This document shows positions 47,872 through 64,000 of a DNA stretch of 64,000 bases, piece by piece. This DNA is from Escherichia phage vB_EcoM_DalCa. Under the pieces are notes generated by a model. The model saw only the letters and a program-made list of their open reading frames with translations, ran no database searches and was not told the origin of the DNA. Within the stretch, counting starts at the first letter, position 1. Each line of letters starts with the position of its first letter. A program made the position numbers and the translations under genes. Where the stretch lies: the sequence record NC_054908.1. One strand, written 5' to 3'.

Positions 47872-50800
47872 CAGTAAAAGCACCTTCAGTCACTAGTCTC
47901 AGAATTTCCAAGTTATCCGCAAATCAGGTGCAAGTACGCTGGGATGACGTTGGTGCTAATTTCTACTATTTTGTAGAAATCGCTGAGACAAAAACAGACT
48001 CGGGGGAAAATCTCCCGAGCGATCAATATCGTTGGATTAACTTAGGATATACTGCAAATAACAGCTTCTTTTTTGATAATGCTAATCCATTGACATCGTA
48101 TATTATTAGAGTAGCTACAGCTGCGCAGGATTTTGAGCAGTCTGATTGGATTTATACCGAAGAGTTTGAAACTTTTGCTACAAACGCTTATACATTTCAA
48201 AACATGATTGAAATGCAATTAGCCAATAAATTCATTCAGGAAAAATTTACTCTTAATAATTCTGATTATGTTAATTTTAATAATGACACAATAATGGCTG
48301 CGTTGATGAATGAATCATTTCAGTTCAGCCCATCGTATGCTGATGTCTCATCAATTAGTAATTTTATTATTGGTGAAAACGAGTATCATGAAATACAAGG
48401 TTCTATTCAGCAAGTATGTAAGGATATTAACCGAGTTTATTTGATGGAATCAGAAGGGATTCTATATCTTTTTGAGCGTTATCAACCCGTAGTTAAAGTA
48501 TCAAATGATAAAGGACAAACTTGGAAAGCTGTAAAGCTCTTCAATGATCGTGTAGGATATCCTTTATCTAAGACTGTATATTACCAATCTGCGAGCACAA
48601 CATACGTTCTAGGATACGACAAGATTTTCTATGGCCGCAAATCTACTGATGTTAGATGGTCAGCTGATGATGTCAGATTTAGTTCGCAGGATATAACATT
48701 CGCTAAACTTGGTGATCAACTTCATTTAGGATTTGATGTTGAAATCTTTGGTACTTATGCTACATTACCTGCAAATGTGTATCGTATAGCTGAAGCTATT
48801 ACTTGCACCGATGATTACATTTACGTTGTCGCCAGAGACAAAGTTAGATACATAAAAACGAGTAATGCACCTATAGATTCTGATCCATTATCTCCAACAT
48901 ATTCGGAAAGACTTTTTGAACCTGATACAATGACTATAACCGGAAATCCTAAAGCAGTATGCTATAAAATGGATTCTATCGGTGATAAAGTTTTTGCTCT
49001 TATTATTGGTGAAGTTGAAACATTAAATGCTAATCCTAGAACGTCAAAAATAATTGATTCTACTGATAAAGGAATATATGTTTTAAATCATGACACAAAA
49101 ACGTGGAAAAGAGTTTTTGGCAACACTGAAGAAGAAAGAAGACGTATTCAACCTGGGTATGCGAATATGTCAACTGATGGTAAATTAGTTTCTCTATCTT
49201 CGAGTAATTTTAAATTTTTAAATGATAACGTTGTTAATGACCCTGAAACTGTAGCAAAATATCAGTTAATCGGTGCCGTTAAATATGAATTTCCTCGTGA
49301 ATGGTTAGCTGATAAGCATTATCATATGATGGCATTTATAGCAGATGAAAAGTCTGATTGGGAAACTTTTACGCCTCAGCCAATGAAATACTACGCAGAA
49401 CCGTTCTTTAATTGGTCTAAAAAATCTAACACACGCTGTTGGATAAACAACTCTAATAGAGCTGTAGTAGTTTATGCTGATTTAAAATACACTAAAGTTA
49501 TAGAAAATATTCCGGAAACATCACCAGATAGATTAGTTCATGAATACTGGGATGATGGTGATTGTACGATAGTAATGCCAAATGTTAAATTCACGGGATT
49601 TAAAAAATATGCGTCTGGGATGCTTTTTTATAAATCTTCTGGTGAAATAATTTCTTATTATGATTTTAACTATCGTGTGAGAGATACAGTAGAAATTATT
49701 TGGAAGCCGACTGGAGTATTTTTAAAAGCATTTTTACAAAACCAAGAGCATGAGACTCCTTGGTCGCCAGAAGAAGAGCATGGATTAGCTGACCCTGATT
49801 TAAGACCATTAATTGGCACAATGATGCCTGATTCTTATTTGTTGCAGGATTCGAATTTTGAGGCATTTTGTGAAGCATATATTCAATATCTTTCTGACGG
49901 ATACGGAACTCAGTATAATAATTTACGAAATTTAATTCGTAATCAGTATCCACGAGAAGAGCATGCGTGGGAATATTTGTGGTCAGAGATATATAAAAGA
50001 AACATTTATTTAAATGCTGACAAACGTGATGCTGTTGCAAGATTTTTTGAATCACGTAGTTATGATTTTTATTCTACTAAAGGAATTGAAGCATCATACA
50101 AGTTTCTTTTTAAAGTTCTTTATAATGAAGAAGTTGAAATTGAAATTGAATCTGGGGCCGGTACTGAATATGACATAATCGTTCAATCTGATTCTTTGAC
50201 TGAAGATTTAGTAGGACAAACGATTTATACGGCAACAGGAAGATGTAATGTTACTTATATAGAAAGAAGTTATTCTAATGGTAAATTGCAATGGACCGTA
50301 ACTATTCATAATCTTTTGGGAAGATTAATTGCTGGTCAAGAAGTTAAAGCAGAAAGACTCCCTAGTTTTGAAGGCGAAATTATTCGTGGAGTTAAAGGAA
50401 AGGATTTGCTTCAAAACAATATAGACTATATTAATAGAAGTAGATCATACTATGTAATGAAAATTAAATCCAATTTACCTTCTTCCCGCTGGAAATCTGA
50501 CGTTATTCGTTTTGTTCATCCAGTAGGATTTGGATTTATAGCAATTACCCTTTTAACGATGTTTATTAATGTTGGTTTAACTCTTAAACACACAGAGACA
50601 ATAATTAATAAATATAAAAACTATAAATGGGATTCTGGATTGCCTACTGAATATGCTGATAGAGTAGCTAAATTAACTCCAACCGGTGAAATTGAGCATG
50701 ATTCAGTAACAGGCGAAGCAATTTATGAGCCTGGCCCAATGGCTGGTGTAGAATATCCTCTTCCTGATGACTATAATGCTGAAAATAATAATTCAATATT

Positions 50801-50966
50801 TCAAGGTCAATTGCCGTCTGAACGACGTAAATTAATGAGTCCCCTATTTGATGCTTCTGGAACAACATTTGCGCAATTTAGGGATTTAGTTAATAAACGT
50901 CTAAAAGATAATATAGGAAATCCAAGAGACCCTGAAAATCCAACACAGGTTAAAATAGATGAATGA
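47868..50966 (+). CDS. 7: Baseplate wedge initiator gp7
   Basis: 1032 aa; T4 synteny and length. Confidence 0.9.
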   Translation: MTVKAPSVTSLRISKLSANQVQVRWDDVGANFYYFVEIAETKTDSGENLPSDQYRWINLGYTANNSFFFDNANPLTSYIIRVATAAQDFEQSDWIYTEEFETFATNAYTFQNMIEMQLANKFIQEKFTLNNSDYVNFNNDTIMAALMNESFQFSPSYADVSSISNFIIGENEYHEIQGSIQQVCKDINRVYLMESEGILYLFERYQPVVKVSNDKGQTWKAVKLFNDRVGYPLSKTVYYQSASTTYVLGYDKIFYGRKSTDVRWSADDVRFSSQDITFAKLGDQLHLGFDVEIFGTYATLPANVYRIAEAITCTDDYIYVVARDKVRYIKTSNAPIDSDPLSPTYSERLFEPDTMTITGNPKAVCYKMDSIGDKVFALIIGEVETLNANPRTSKIIDSTDKGIYVLNHDTKTWKRVFGNTEEERRRIQPGYANMSTDGKLVSLSSSNFKFLNDNVVNDPETVAKYQLIGAVKYEFPREWLADKHYHMMAFIADEKSDWETFTPQPMKYYAEPFFNWSKKSNTRCWINNSNRAVVVYADLKYTKVIENIPETSPDRLVHEYWDDGDCTIVMPNVKFTGFKKYASGMLFYKSSGEIISYYDFNYRVRDTVEIIWKPTGVFLKAFLQNQEHETPWSPEEEHGLADPDLRPLIGTMMPDSYLLQDSNFEAFCEAYIQYLSDGYGTQYNNLRNLIRNQYPREEHAWEYLWSEIYKRNIYLNADKRDAVARFFESRSYDFYSTKGIEASYKFLFKVLYNEEVEIEIESGAGTEYDIIVQSDSLTEDLVGQTIYTATGRCNVTYIERSYSNGKLQWTVTIHNLLGRLIAGQEVKAERLPSFEGEIIRGVKGKDLLQNNIDYINRSRSYYVMKIKSNLPSSRWKSDVIRFVHPVGFGFIAITLLTMFINVGLTLKHTETIINKYKNYKWDSGLPTEYADRVAKLTPTGEIEHDSVTGEAIYEPGPMAGVEYPLPDDYNAENNNSIFQGQLPSERRKLMSPLFDASGTTFAQFRDLVNKRLKDNIGNPRDPENPTQVKIDE

Positions 50967-51963
50967 TTCAAGTGTTATCTATCGTGCGATAGTTACTTCA
51001 AAATTTAGAACAGAAAAAATGTTGAATTTTTATAATTCAATTGGAAGTGGTCCGGATAAAAACACTATCTTTATCACATTTGGAAGATCAGAACCGTGGT
51101 CATCAAATGAAAATGAGGTGGGCTTTGCCCCACCTTATCCAACCGATTCTGTATTAGGCGTAACTGACATGTGGACGCATATGATGGGAACAGTAAAGGT
51201 TCTTCCATCAATGCTTGACGCAGTTATTCCTCGTCGAGATTGGGGAGATACTAGATATCCGGATCCATACACATTTAGAATTAACGATATTGTAGTGTGT
51301 AACTCAGCTCCTTACAACGCTACTGAATCAGGCGCAGGCTGGTTAGTATATCGTTGTTTAGATGTTCCTGATACTGGAATGTGTTCAATTGCATCTTTAA
51401 CTGATAAGGATGAATGCCTTAAATTAGGCGGAAAATGGACTCCTTCTGTTAGGTCAATGACTCCTCCTGAAGGTCGAGGAGATGCGGAAGGAACAATCGA
51501 ACCTGGAGACGGATATGTTTGGGAATATCTTTTTGAGATTCCGCCCGATGTATCTATAAATAGATGCACAAATGAATATATCGTAGTTCCTTGGCCTGAG
51601 GAATTAAAAGAAGATCCAACTAGATGGGGGTATGAAGATAATCTCACTTGGCAGCAAGATGATTTTGGATTAATTTACCGGGTTAAGGCAAATACTATCC
51701 GTTTTAAAGCATATTTAGATTCAGTTTATTTTCCTGATGCTGCATTGCCAGGAAATAAAGGATTTAGACAAATATCAATAATCACGAATCCTCTTGAAGC
51801 TAAAGCTCATCCAAATGACCCAAACGTTAAAGCTGAAAAGGATTATTATGACCCAGAAGATTTAATGAGGCATTCGGGCGAAATGATTTATATGGAAAAT
51901 AGGCCACCTATTATCATGGCAATGGATCAGACAGAAGAAATCAATATTCTGTTTACATTTTAA
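50959..51963 (+). CDS. 8: Baseplate wedge protein gp8
   Basis: 334 aa; T4 synteny and length; plus-strand terminator hairpin follows. Confidence 0.9.
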   Translation: MNDSSVIYRAIVTSKFRTEKMLNFYNSIGSGPDKNTIFITFGRSEPWSSNENEVGFAPPYPTDSVLGVTDMWTHMMGTVKVLPSMLDAVIPRRDWGDTRYPDPYTFRINDIVVCNSAPYNATESGAGWLVYRCLDVPDTGMCSIASLTDKDECLKLGGKWTPSVRSMTPPEGRGDAEGTIEPGDGYVWEYLFEIPPDVSINRCTNEYIVVPWPEELKEDPTRWGYEDNLTWQQDDFGLIYRVKANTIRFKAYLDSVYFPDAALPGNKGFRQISIITNPLEAKAHPNDPNVKAEKDYYDPEDLMRHSGEMIYMENRPPIIMAMDQTEEINILFTF

Positions 51964-51968
51964 ATTAA

Positions 51969-51995
51969 GGGAGCCCATGGGCTCCCTTTTTCTTT
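51969..51995 (+). terminator. Intrinsic terminator downstream of gene 8
   Basis: GGGAGCC-CAUG-GGCUCCC hairpin followed by UUUUUCUUU on plus strand. Confidence 0.65.
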
Positions 51996-52002
51996 ATAAA
52001 TA
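51995..52002 (+). promoter_or_regulatory. T4-type late promoter (TATAAATA) for gene 9
   Basis: Exact TATAAATA about 25 nt upstream of gene 9 ATG, just after the gp8 terminator hairpin. Confidence 0.7.
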
Positions 52003-52026
52003 CTATAAACTCATAAGGAAACCGCT

Positions 52027-52893
52027 ATGTTCATTCAAGAACCAAAGAAATTGATTGATACCGGCGAAATTGGTAACGCTTCTACTGGTGATATCTTATT
52101 CGACGGTGGTAATAAAATTAATAGTGATTTTAACGCAATTTATAATGCGTTTGGCGATCAGCGTAAAATGGCAGTAGCAAATGGCACTGGAGCAGATGGT
52201 CAAATTATCCATGCTACTGGGTATTATCAAAAACACTCTATTACAGAGTACGCAACTCCAGTGAAAGTTGGCACTAGACATGATATTGATACCTCTACTG
52301 TAGGTGTTAAAGTTATTATTGAAAGAGGCGAACTCGGCGATTGTGTTGAATTCATTAACTCTAATGGATCAATATCAGTTACTAATCCTTTAACGATTCA
52401 AGCTATTGATTCAATTAAAGGTGTTTCAGGTAATTTAGTAGTAACTAGCCCATATAGTAAAGTAACTTTACGCTGTATTTCATCTGATAATTCTACATCG
52501 GTTTGGAATTATTCTATTGAAAGTATGTTTGGACAAAAGGAATCACCAGCTGAAGGTACATGGAATATTTCTACATCCGGATCAGTTGATATTCCACTAT
52601 TTCATCGCACTGAATACAATATGGCTAAATTGCTAGTTACGTGCCAATCAGTAGATGGAAGAAAAATTAAAACAGCAGAAATAAATATTCTTGTGGATAC
52701 TGTTAATTCAGAAGTTATTTCTTCTGAGTATGCTGTCATGAGAGTTGGAAATGAAACAGAAGAAGACGAGATTGCTAATATTGCATTTAGTATTAAAACC
52801 AACTATGTAACGGCGACTATAAGTTCTTCTACCGTTGGCATGAGAGCAGCAGTTAAAGTTATCGCTACGCAGAAAATCGGGGTGGCTCAATAA
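52027..52893 (+). CDS. 9: Baseplate wedge protein gp9 (long tail fiber socket)
   Basis: 288 aa; TATAAATA motif about 25 nt upstream; T4 synteny. Confidence 0.9.
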   Translation: MFIQEPKKLIDTGEIGNASTGDILFDGGNKINSDFNAIYNAFGDQRKMAVANGTGADGQIIHATGYYQKHSITEYATPVKVGTRHDIDTSTVGVKVIIERGELGDCVEFINSNGSISVTNPLTIQAIDSIKGVSGNLVVTSPYSKVTLRCISSDNSTSVWNYSIESMFGQKESPAEGTWNISTSGSVDIPLFHRTEYNMAKLLVTCQSVDGRKIKTAEINILVDTVNSEVISSEYAVMRVGNETEEDEIANIAFSIKTNYVTATISSSTVGMRAAVKVIATQKIGVAQ

Positions 52894-54698
52894 TGAAACA
52901 AAATATTAATATCGGTAATGTTGTTGATGATGGTACCGGTGACTACCTGCGTAAAGGTGGTATAAAAATAAATGAAAACTTTGATGAACTTTATTATGAA
53001 CTTGGCGATGGAGATGTTCCATATTCAGCCGGTGCCTGGAAAACTTATAATGCTTCATCCGGTCAAACATTAAAAGCTAAGTGGGGAAAATCATACGCTA
53101 TTAATACCTCTTCTGGAAGAGTAACTTTACAACTTCCTAAAGGAACTGTTAATGATTATAATAAAGTAATTAGAGCTAGGGATGTATTTGCAACATGGAA
53201 CATTAATCCAGTTACTTTAGTAGCTGCTTCTGGGGATACAATTAAAGGGTCGTCATCGTCAGTTGAAATTAATATTCAATTTAGTGATTTAGAGCTCGTT
53301 TATTGCGCTCCAGGACGTTGGGAGTATGTCAAAAACAAACAAATTGATAAAATTATTAGTTCAGATATTAGTAATGTAGCTCGCAAAGAATTTTTAGTAG
53401 AAGTTCAAGGACAAACTGACTTTTTAGATGTTTTCCGCGGAACTAGCTATAATGTTAATAACATCCGAGTAAAACACCGTGGTAATGAATTATATTACGG
53501 CGATGTATTTAGTGAAAACAGTGACTTTGGCTCTCCTGGGGAAAATGAAGGAGAATTGATTCCTCTTGATGGATTTAATATTAGATTAAGACAGCCTTGT
53601 AATATTGGTGACACTGTTCAAATTGAAACATTTATGGATGGTATATCACAATGGAGAAGTTCATATACAAGACGCCAAATAAAAGTATTAGATTCAAAAT
53701 TAACGTCAAAAACTTCTTTAGAAGGAAGTATTTACGTTACTGATTTATCAACAATGAAATCAATTCCATTCTCTGCATTTGGATTAATTCCTGGAGAACC
53801 TATTAATCCTAATTCTCTTGAAGTTCGTTTTAATGGAATTTTACAACAACAAGCTGGAACAGCAGGATATCCTCTGTTTTTGTGTGAAGGTGCTAACTCA
53901 GATACGCAAGCAGGATGTATATCTCTTGGTGGTGAATGGAAAGAATCGAACACAGATTATTCTATAGAATATGAAGATGGAAAACCTGTCAGTCTTTTAT
54001 TTGATAGAAAATTTGAATCAGGTGATATAATCGTTATAACATGGTTTAATAATGATTTAGGAACTCTTTTAGAAAAAGATGACATTATTGAATTAACTGA
54101 TGACCGTTATGTTAGTAAAGGATCATCTACTGAAGTTACTGGGGATGTAGCCTTAACAGATTTTGATAAAATCGGTTGGCCAAATGTTGAAAAAGTTGAT
54201 TCTTATACTAGAACGTATAATTCAATATCATCTATTTTCGACAGCATTTATCCTGTTGGTTCAATTTATGAAAATGCTATAAACCCAAATAATCCGGTGA
54301 CTTATATGGGATTTGGTTCATGGAAATTATTTGGTAAAGGACAAGTTTTAGTAGGATGGAATGATGATGTTACGGATCCAAACTTTGCTTTAAACAATAA
54401 TGATTTAGATTCTAGCGGAAATCCTTCACATACTGCCGGTGGAACAGTTGGTACAACATCAGTAACGCTTGAAAACGCAAATCTTCCTGCGACTAAAACT
54501 GATGAAAGAGTTTTAATTGAAGACGAAAATGGATCAGTTATTATTGGAGGATGTCAATATGACCCAGACGAAACTGGTCCTATATATACAAAATATCGTG
54601 AAGACTACGCAACAACAAACTCTTCACATACTCCTCCTACTAATATTAGTAATATTCAACCGTCTATTACTGTATACCGTTGGATAAGGATTGCATAA
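52893..54698 (+). CDS. 10: Baseplate wedge protein gp10
   Basis: 601 aa; T4 synteny and length. Confidence 0.9.
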   Translation: MKQNINIGNVVDDGTGDYLRKGGIKINENFDELYYELGDGDVPYSAGAWKTYNASSGQTLKAKWGKSYAINTSSGRVTLQLPKGTVNDYNKVIRARDVFATWNINPVTLVAASGDTIKGSSSSVEINIQFSDLELVYCAPGRWEYVKNKQIDKIISSDISNVARKEFLVEVQGQTDFLDVFRGTSYNVNNIRVKHRGNELYYGDVFSENSDFGSPGENEGELIPLDGFNIRLRQPCNIGDTVQIETFMDGISQWRSSYTRRQIKVLDSKLTSKTSLEGSIYVTDLSTMKSIPFSAFGLIPGEPINPNSLEVRFNGILQQQAGTAGYPLFLCEGANSDTQAGCISLGGEWKESNTDYSIEYEDGKPVSLLFDRKFESGDIIVITWFNNDLGTLLEKDDIIELTDDRYVSKGSSTEVTGDVALTDFDKIGWPNVEKVDSYTRTYNSISSIFDSIYPVGSIYENAINPNNPVTYMGFGSWKLFGKGQVLVGWNDDVTDPNFALNNNDLDSSGNPSHTAGGTVGTTSVTLENANLPATKTDERVLIEDENGSVIIGGCQYDPDETGPIYTKYREDYATTNSSHTPPTNISNIQPSITVYRWIRIA

Positions 54699-55357
54699 TG
54701 AGTTTACTTAATAATAAAGCGGGAGTTATTTCCCGCTTAGCAGATTTTCTTGGTTTTAGAACTAAGAAAAATGATATTTCGGTTATGAATAATCAGCCAG
54801 TAGGCGCTGTAACAATTTCACAAATATCAAAAGGTTTTTATGATTCAAATGTAGAATCTGCTATCAATGACGTTAGAAATATGGCAGAGCAACCGGTTGG
54901 AGCTGTATTAGTTAATATAAGCGGCGTATCTCCTACTGGCGTGCAACAGACCGACTATTGGTCATTTGAAGGAACTGTTACTGATACTTCAGTCAAATCA
55001 GGTGACCCAGTTATTGTTAACATGTTTGGTATTCCAGTTAAAGCTACTAATGGAATGACTTCAATTGAATTTACTAGTGCCGTTAGAATAGCTCTACAGG
55101 AAATGGTTGTAAAATTTATTGCAATTGATTCATTTGAAGACCATCCTACCATAGGAAATAAAATACAAGTTAAGTATTTAGATAACCAAGAACATATCTT
55201 AGAACAATACTCTGATAAAGGAATTACTTTCAAACAGGAAATAATTTCTCCTTCTAAACCTGGGTATGGAACTTGGCAATTATTAGGTGCGCAAACTGTT
55301 ACGCTAGATAGTCACACACAACCTACAGTATTTTATTATTTTGAGAGAGTAGCATGA
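54698..55357 (+). CDS. 11: Baseplate wedge protein gp11 (short tail fiber attachment)
   Basis: ORF 54680..55357 trimmed to ATG overlapping gp10 stop (TAATG) giving 219 aa as in T4. Confidence 0.8.
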   Translation: MSLLNNKAGVISRLADFLGFRTKKNDISVMNNQPVGAVTISQISKGFYDSNVESAINDVRNMAEQPVGAVLVNISGVSPTGVQQTDYWSFEGTVTDTSVKSGDPVIVNMFGIPVKATNGMTSIEFTSAVRIALQEMVVKFIAIDSFEDHPTIGNKIQVKYLDNQEHILEQYSDKGITFKQEIISPSKPGYGTWQLLGAQTVTLDSHTQPTVFYYFERVA

Positions 55358-56904
55358 GTAACAATACATATCAGCACGTATCAAATGAATCAAAATATGT
55401 TAAATTCGATCCTACTGGATCGAATTTTCCTGGCACTGTTACGACAGTACAGTCTGCATTATCAAAAATAAGTAATATCGGCGTAAATGGTATTCCTGAT
55501 GCAACTATGGAAGTTAAAGGAATAGCAATGATTGCGTCAGAACAAGAGGTTTTAGATGGAACTAATAATTCTAAAATCGTTACACCAGCTACATTAGCAA
55601 CAAGATTATTGTATCCAAATGCTACTGAAACTAAATATGGTTTAACGCGTTATTCAACAAATGAAGAAACATTAAAAGGCTCAGATAATAATTCATCAAT
55701 AACACCACAAAAACTGAAATACCACACTGACGATGTGTTCAAAAATAGATATTCGTCTGAGTCATCAAACGGGGTTATTAAAATATCATCTACACCTGCA
55801 GCTTTGGCTGGAGTTGATGATACTACTGCGATGACTCCGCTAAAAACCCAAAAACTTGCAATAAAATTAATTTCGCAAATAGCTCCTTCAGAAGACACTG
55901 CAACAGAATCGGTGAGAGGAGTAGTTCAATTATCTACTGTTGCACAAATTCGTCAAGGAACTCTCCGCGAAGGATATGCAATTTCCCCGTATACCTTTAT
56001 GAATTCTGTTGCAACACATGAATATAAGGGTGTTATACGCCTAGGAACGCAGACTGAAATTAATAATAATTTGGGTGGTGTTGCAGTAACAGGTGAAACA
56101 CTAAATGGTCGAGGAGCTACCGGTTCTATGCGTGGAGTAGTTAAATTAACGACGCAAGCCGGTATTGCCCCTGAAGGTGATAGCTCTGGAGCATTAGCAT
56201 GGAACGCAGATGTAATTAATACTCGTGGTGGACAAACTATTAATGGTTCTTTAAATTTAGACCATCTTACAGCAAATGGAATTTGGTCACGCGGTGGAAT
56301 GTGGAAAAATGGCGATCAACCTGTTGCCACTGAAAGATATGCGTCCGAACGAGTTCCGGTTGGAACTATTATGATGTTTGCGGGTGATTCAGCACCTCCA
56401 GGTTGGATTATGTGTCATGGTGGAACCGTGTCAGGTGACCAATTTCCTGATTATAGAAACGTAGTTGGAACAAGATTTGGTGGCGATTGGAATAATCCTG
56501 GCGTTCCTGATATGCGAGGTCTTTTCGTCAGAGGAGCCGGCACAGGCGGTCATATTTTAAATCAACGAGGACAAGATGGTTATGGAAAGGATAGACTTGG
56601 CGTAGGATGTGACGGAATGCATGTTGGTGGTGTTCAAGCACAACAAATGTCATACCATAAACACGCCGGTGGTTGGGGGGAATATAACAGAAGTGAAGGC
56701 CCATTTGGCGCGTCTGTTTATCAAGGATATCTTGGAACTAGAAAATATTCCGACTGGGATAATGCTTCATACTTCACTAATGATGGATTTGAATTAGGCG
56801 GACCGAGAGATGCCCTTGGTACACTTAATCGTGAAGGATTAATTGGTTATGAAACTAGACCATGGAATATATCATTAAACTATATTATTAAAGTTCATTA
56901 CTAA
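55354..56904 (+). CDS. 12: Short tail fiber protein gp12
   Basis: 516 aa; T4 synteny; repetitive Gly/Thr-rich fibrous sequence. Confidence 0.9.
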   Translation: MSNNTYQHVSNESKYVKFDPTGSNFPGTVTTVQSALSKISNIGVNGIPDATMEVKGIAMIASEQEVLDGTNNSKIVTPATLATRLLYPNATETKYGLTRYSTNEETLKGSDNNSSITPQKLKYHTDDVFKNRYSSESSNGVIKISSTPAALAGVDDTTAMTPLKTQKLAIKLISQIAPSEDTATESVRGVVQLSTVAQIRQGTLREGYAISPYTFMNSVATHEYKGVIRLGTQTEINNNLGGVAVTGETLNGRGATGSMRGVVKLTTQAGIAPEGDSSGALAWNADVINTRGGQTINGSLNLDHLTANGIWSRGGMWKNGDQPVATERYASERVPVGTIMMFAGDSAPPGWIMCHGGTVSGDQFPDYRNVVGTRFGGDWNNPGVPDMRGLFVRGAGTGGHILNQRGQDGYGKDRLGVGCDGMHVGGVQAQQMSYHKHAGGWGEYNRSEGPFGASVYQGYLGTRKYSDWDNASYFTNDGFELGGPRDALGTLNREGLIGYETRPWNISLNYIIKVHY

Positions 56905-58419
<1,515 letters not shown>

Positions 58420-58423
58420 CATG

Positions 58424-58448
58424 GGGCCGCAAGGCCCCAAAGGATTTT
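58424..58448 (+). terminator. Stem-loop downstream of wac (weak terminator or RNA-stability hairpin)
   Basis: GGGGCC-GCAA-GGCCCC immediately after the wac stop; U-tract is separated by AAAGGA. Confidence 0.4.
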
Positions 58449-58450
58449 AA

Positions 58451-60152
<1,702 letters not shown>

Positions 60153-60193
60153 TAAATATTATAAACTAATTAAAGCCCAGATTAGGAGAAATC

Positions 60194-63334
<3,141 letters not shown>

Positions 63335-63362
63335 TATTAAAGCATATTAAAGAGGATTAAAA

Positions 63363-64000
63363 ATGACTTTATTATCTCCGGGCATTGAGCTCAAAGAAAC
63401 TACGGTTCAAAGCACCGTGGTTAATAACTCTACTGGTACAGCAGCTTTGGCCGGTAAATTCCAGTGGGGTCCTGCTTTTCAGATTAAACAGGTTACAAAC
63501 GAAGTAGATTTAGTTAATACTTTTGGTCAACCAACCGCTGAAACTGCTGACTATTTTATGTCTGCGATGAATTTCTTGCAGTACGGAAATGACTTACGAG
63601 TAGTTCGTGCTGTTGATAGAGATACCGCTAAAAACTCATCGCCAATTGCTGGTAATATTGAATACACAATTTCTACCCCAGGTAGTAACTATGCGGTTGG
63701 AGATAAAATCACGGTCAAATATGTTTCAGATGATATTGAAACTGAAGGTAAAATTACTGAAGTAGACGCAGATGGAAAAATTAAGAAAATTAATATTCCT
63801 ACTGCAAAAATTATCGCTAAAGCAAAAGAAGTCGGTGAATACCCGGAATTAGGTTCTAACTGGACTGCGGAAATTTCTTCATCTTCCTCTGGTTTAGCTG
63901 CAGTAATAACTCTTGGAAAAATTATTACTGATTCTGGTATTTTATTAGCTGAAATTGAAAATGCTGAAGCTGCTATGACAGCGGTTGACTTTCAAGCAAA
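63363..64000 (+). CDS. 18: Tail sheath protein gp18, N-terminal part (3' end beyond window)
   Basis: ATG at 63363 preceded by AGAGGA and a TATAAATA late motif; reads MTLLSPGIELKETTVQSTVVNNSTGT...; open to window end. Confidence 0.9.
   Translation, partial: MTLLSPGIELKETTVQSTVVNNSTGTAALAGKFQWGPAFQIKQVTNEVDLVNTFGQPTAETADYFMSAMNFLQYGNDLRVVRAVDRDTAKNSSPIAGNIEYTISTPGSNYAVGDKITVKYVSDDIETEGKITEVDADGKIKKINIPTAKIIAKAKEVGEYPELGSNWTAEISSSSSGLAAVITLGKIITDSGILLAEIENAEAAMTAVDFQA

Noticed and set aside
43581-55898. Short minus-strand ORFs inside plus-strand late genes 5 through 12 (e.g. 43581..43790, 49696..50055, 53732..53953)
   Set aside because: Antisense to long, well-supported structural genes; typical spurious ORFs.

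Overview
This window reads as a contiguous segment of a T4-like (T-even, Tevenvirinae-type) virulent coliphage genome, closely related to but not identical with T4. Coordinates 1-42708 are a dense minus-strand block of early/middle genes: recombination nuclease 46/47, a-gt, late sigma factor 55, nrdH/nrdG/nrdD, endonuclease VII (49), pin, nrdC, a long run of small accessory ORFs, rI, tk, regB, denV, lysozyme e, nudE, an 11-tRNA cluster, internal-protein-like genes, 57B/57A and genes 1, 3, 2, 4. Coordinates 42756-64000 are plus-strand late structural genes in canonical T4 order: 53, 5, 5.1, 5.4, 6, 7, 8, 9, 10, 11, 12, wac, 13, 14, 15, 16, 17 and the start of 18. Differences from T4 as I recall it: nrdD is intron-less and no homing endonuclease is evident; there are 11 tRNAs rather than 8 (extra His, Asn, Tyr); denV abuts e with no ipII/ipIII between them; wac carries a perfect in-frame 48-bp tandem duplication. 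The accessory regions hold several candidate host-takeover or anti-defence genes (2H phosphoesterase 57B/Acb1-like, macro-domain protein, nucleotidyltransferase-fold protein, P-loop ATPases, GrcA-like glycyl-radical protein, capsid-targeted internal-protein-like genes) and several tandem paralog families. No CRISPR array, integrase or transposase was found. All calls rest on reading the sequence and the supplied ORF translations against remembered T4 biology; no database search was run. Coordinates of tRNAs, promoters and terminators were counted by hand and may be off by 1-2 nt.
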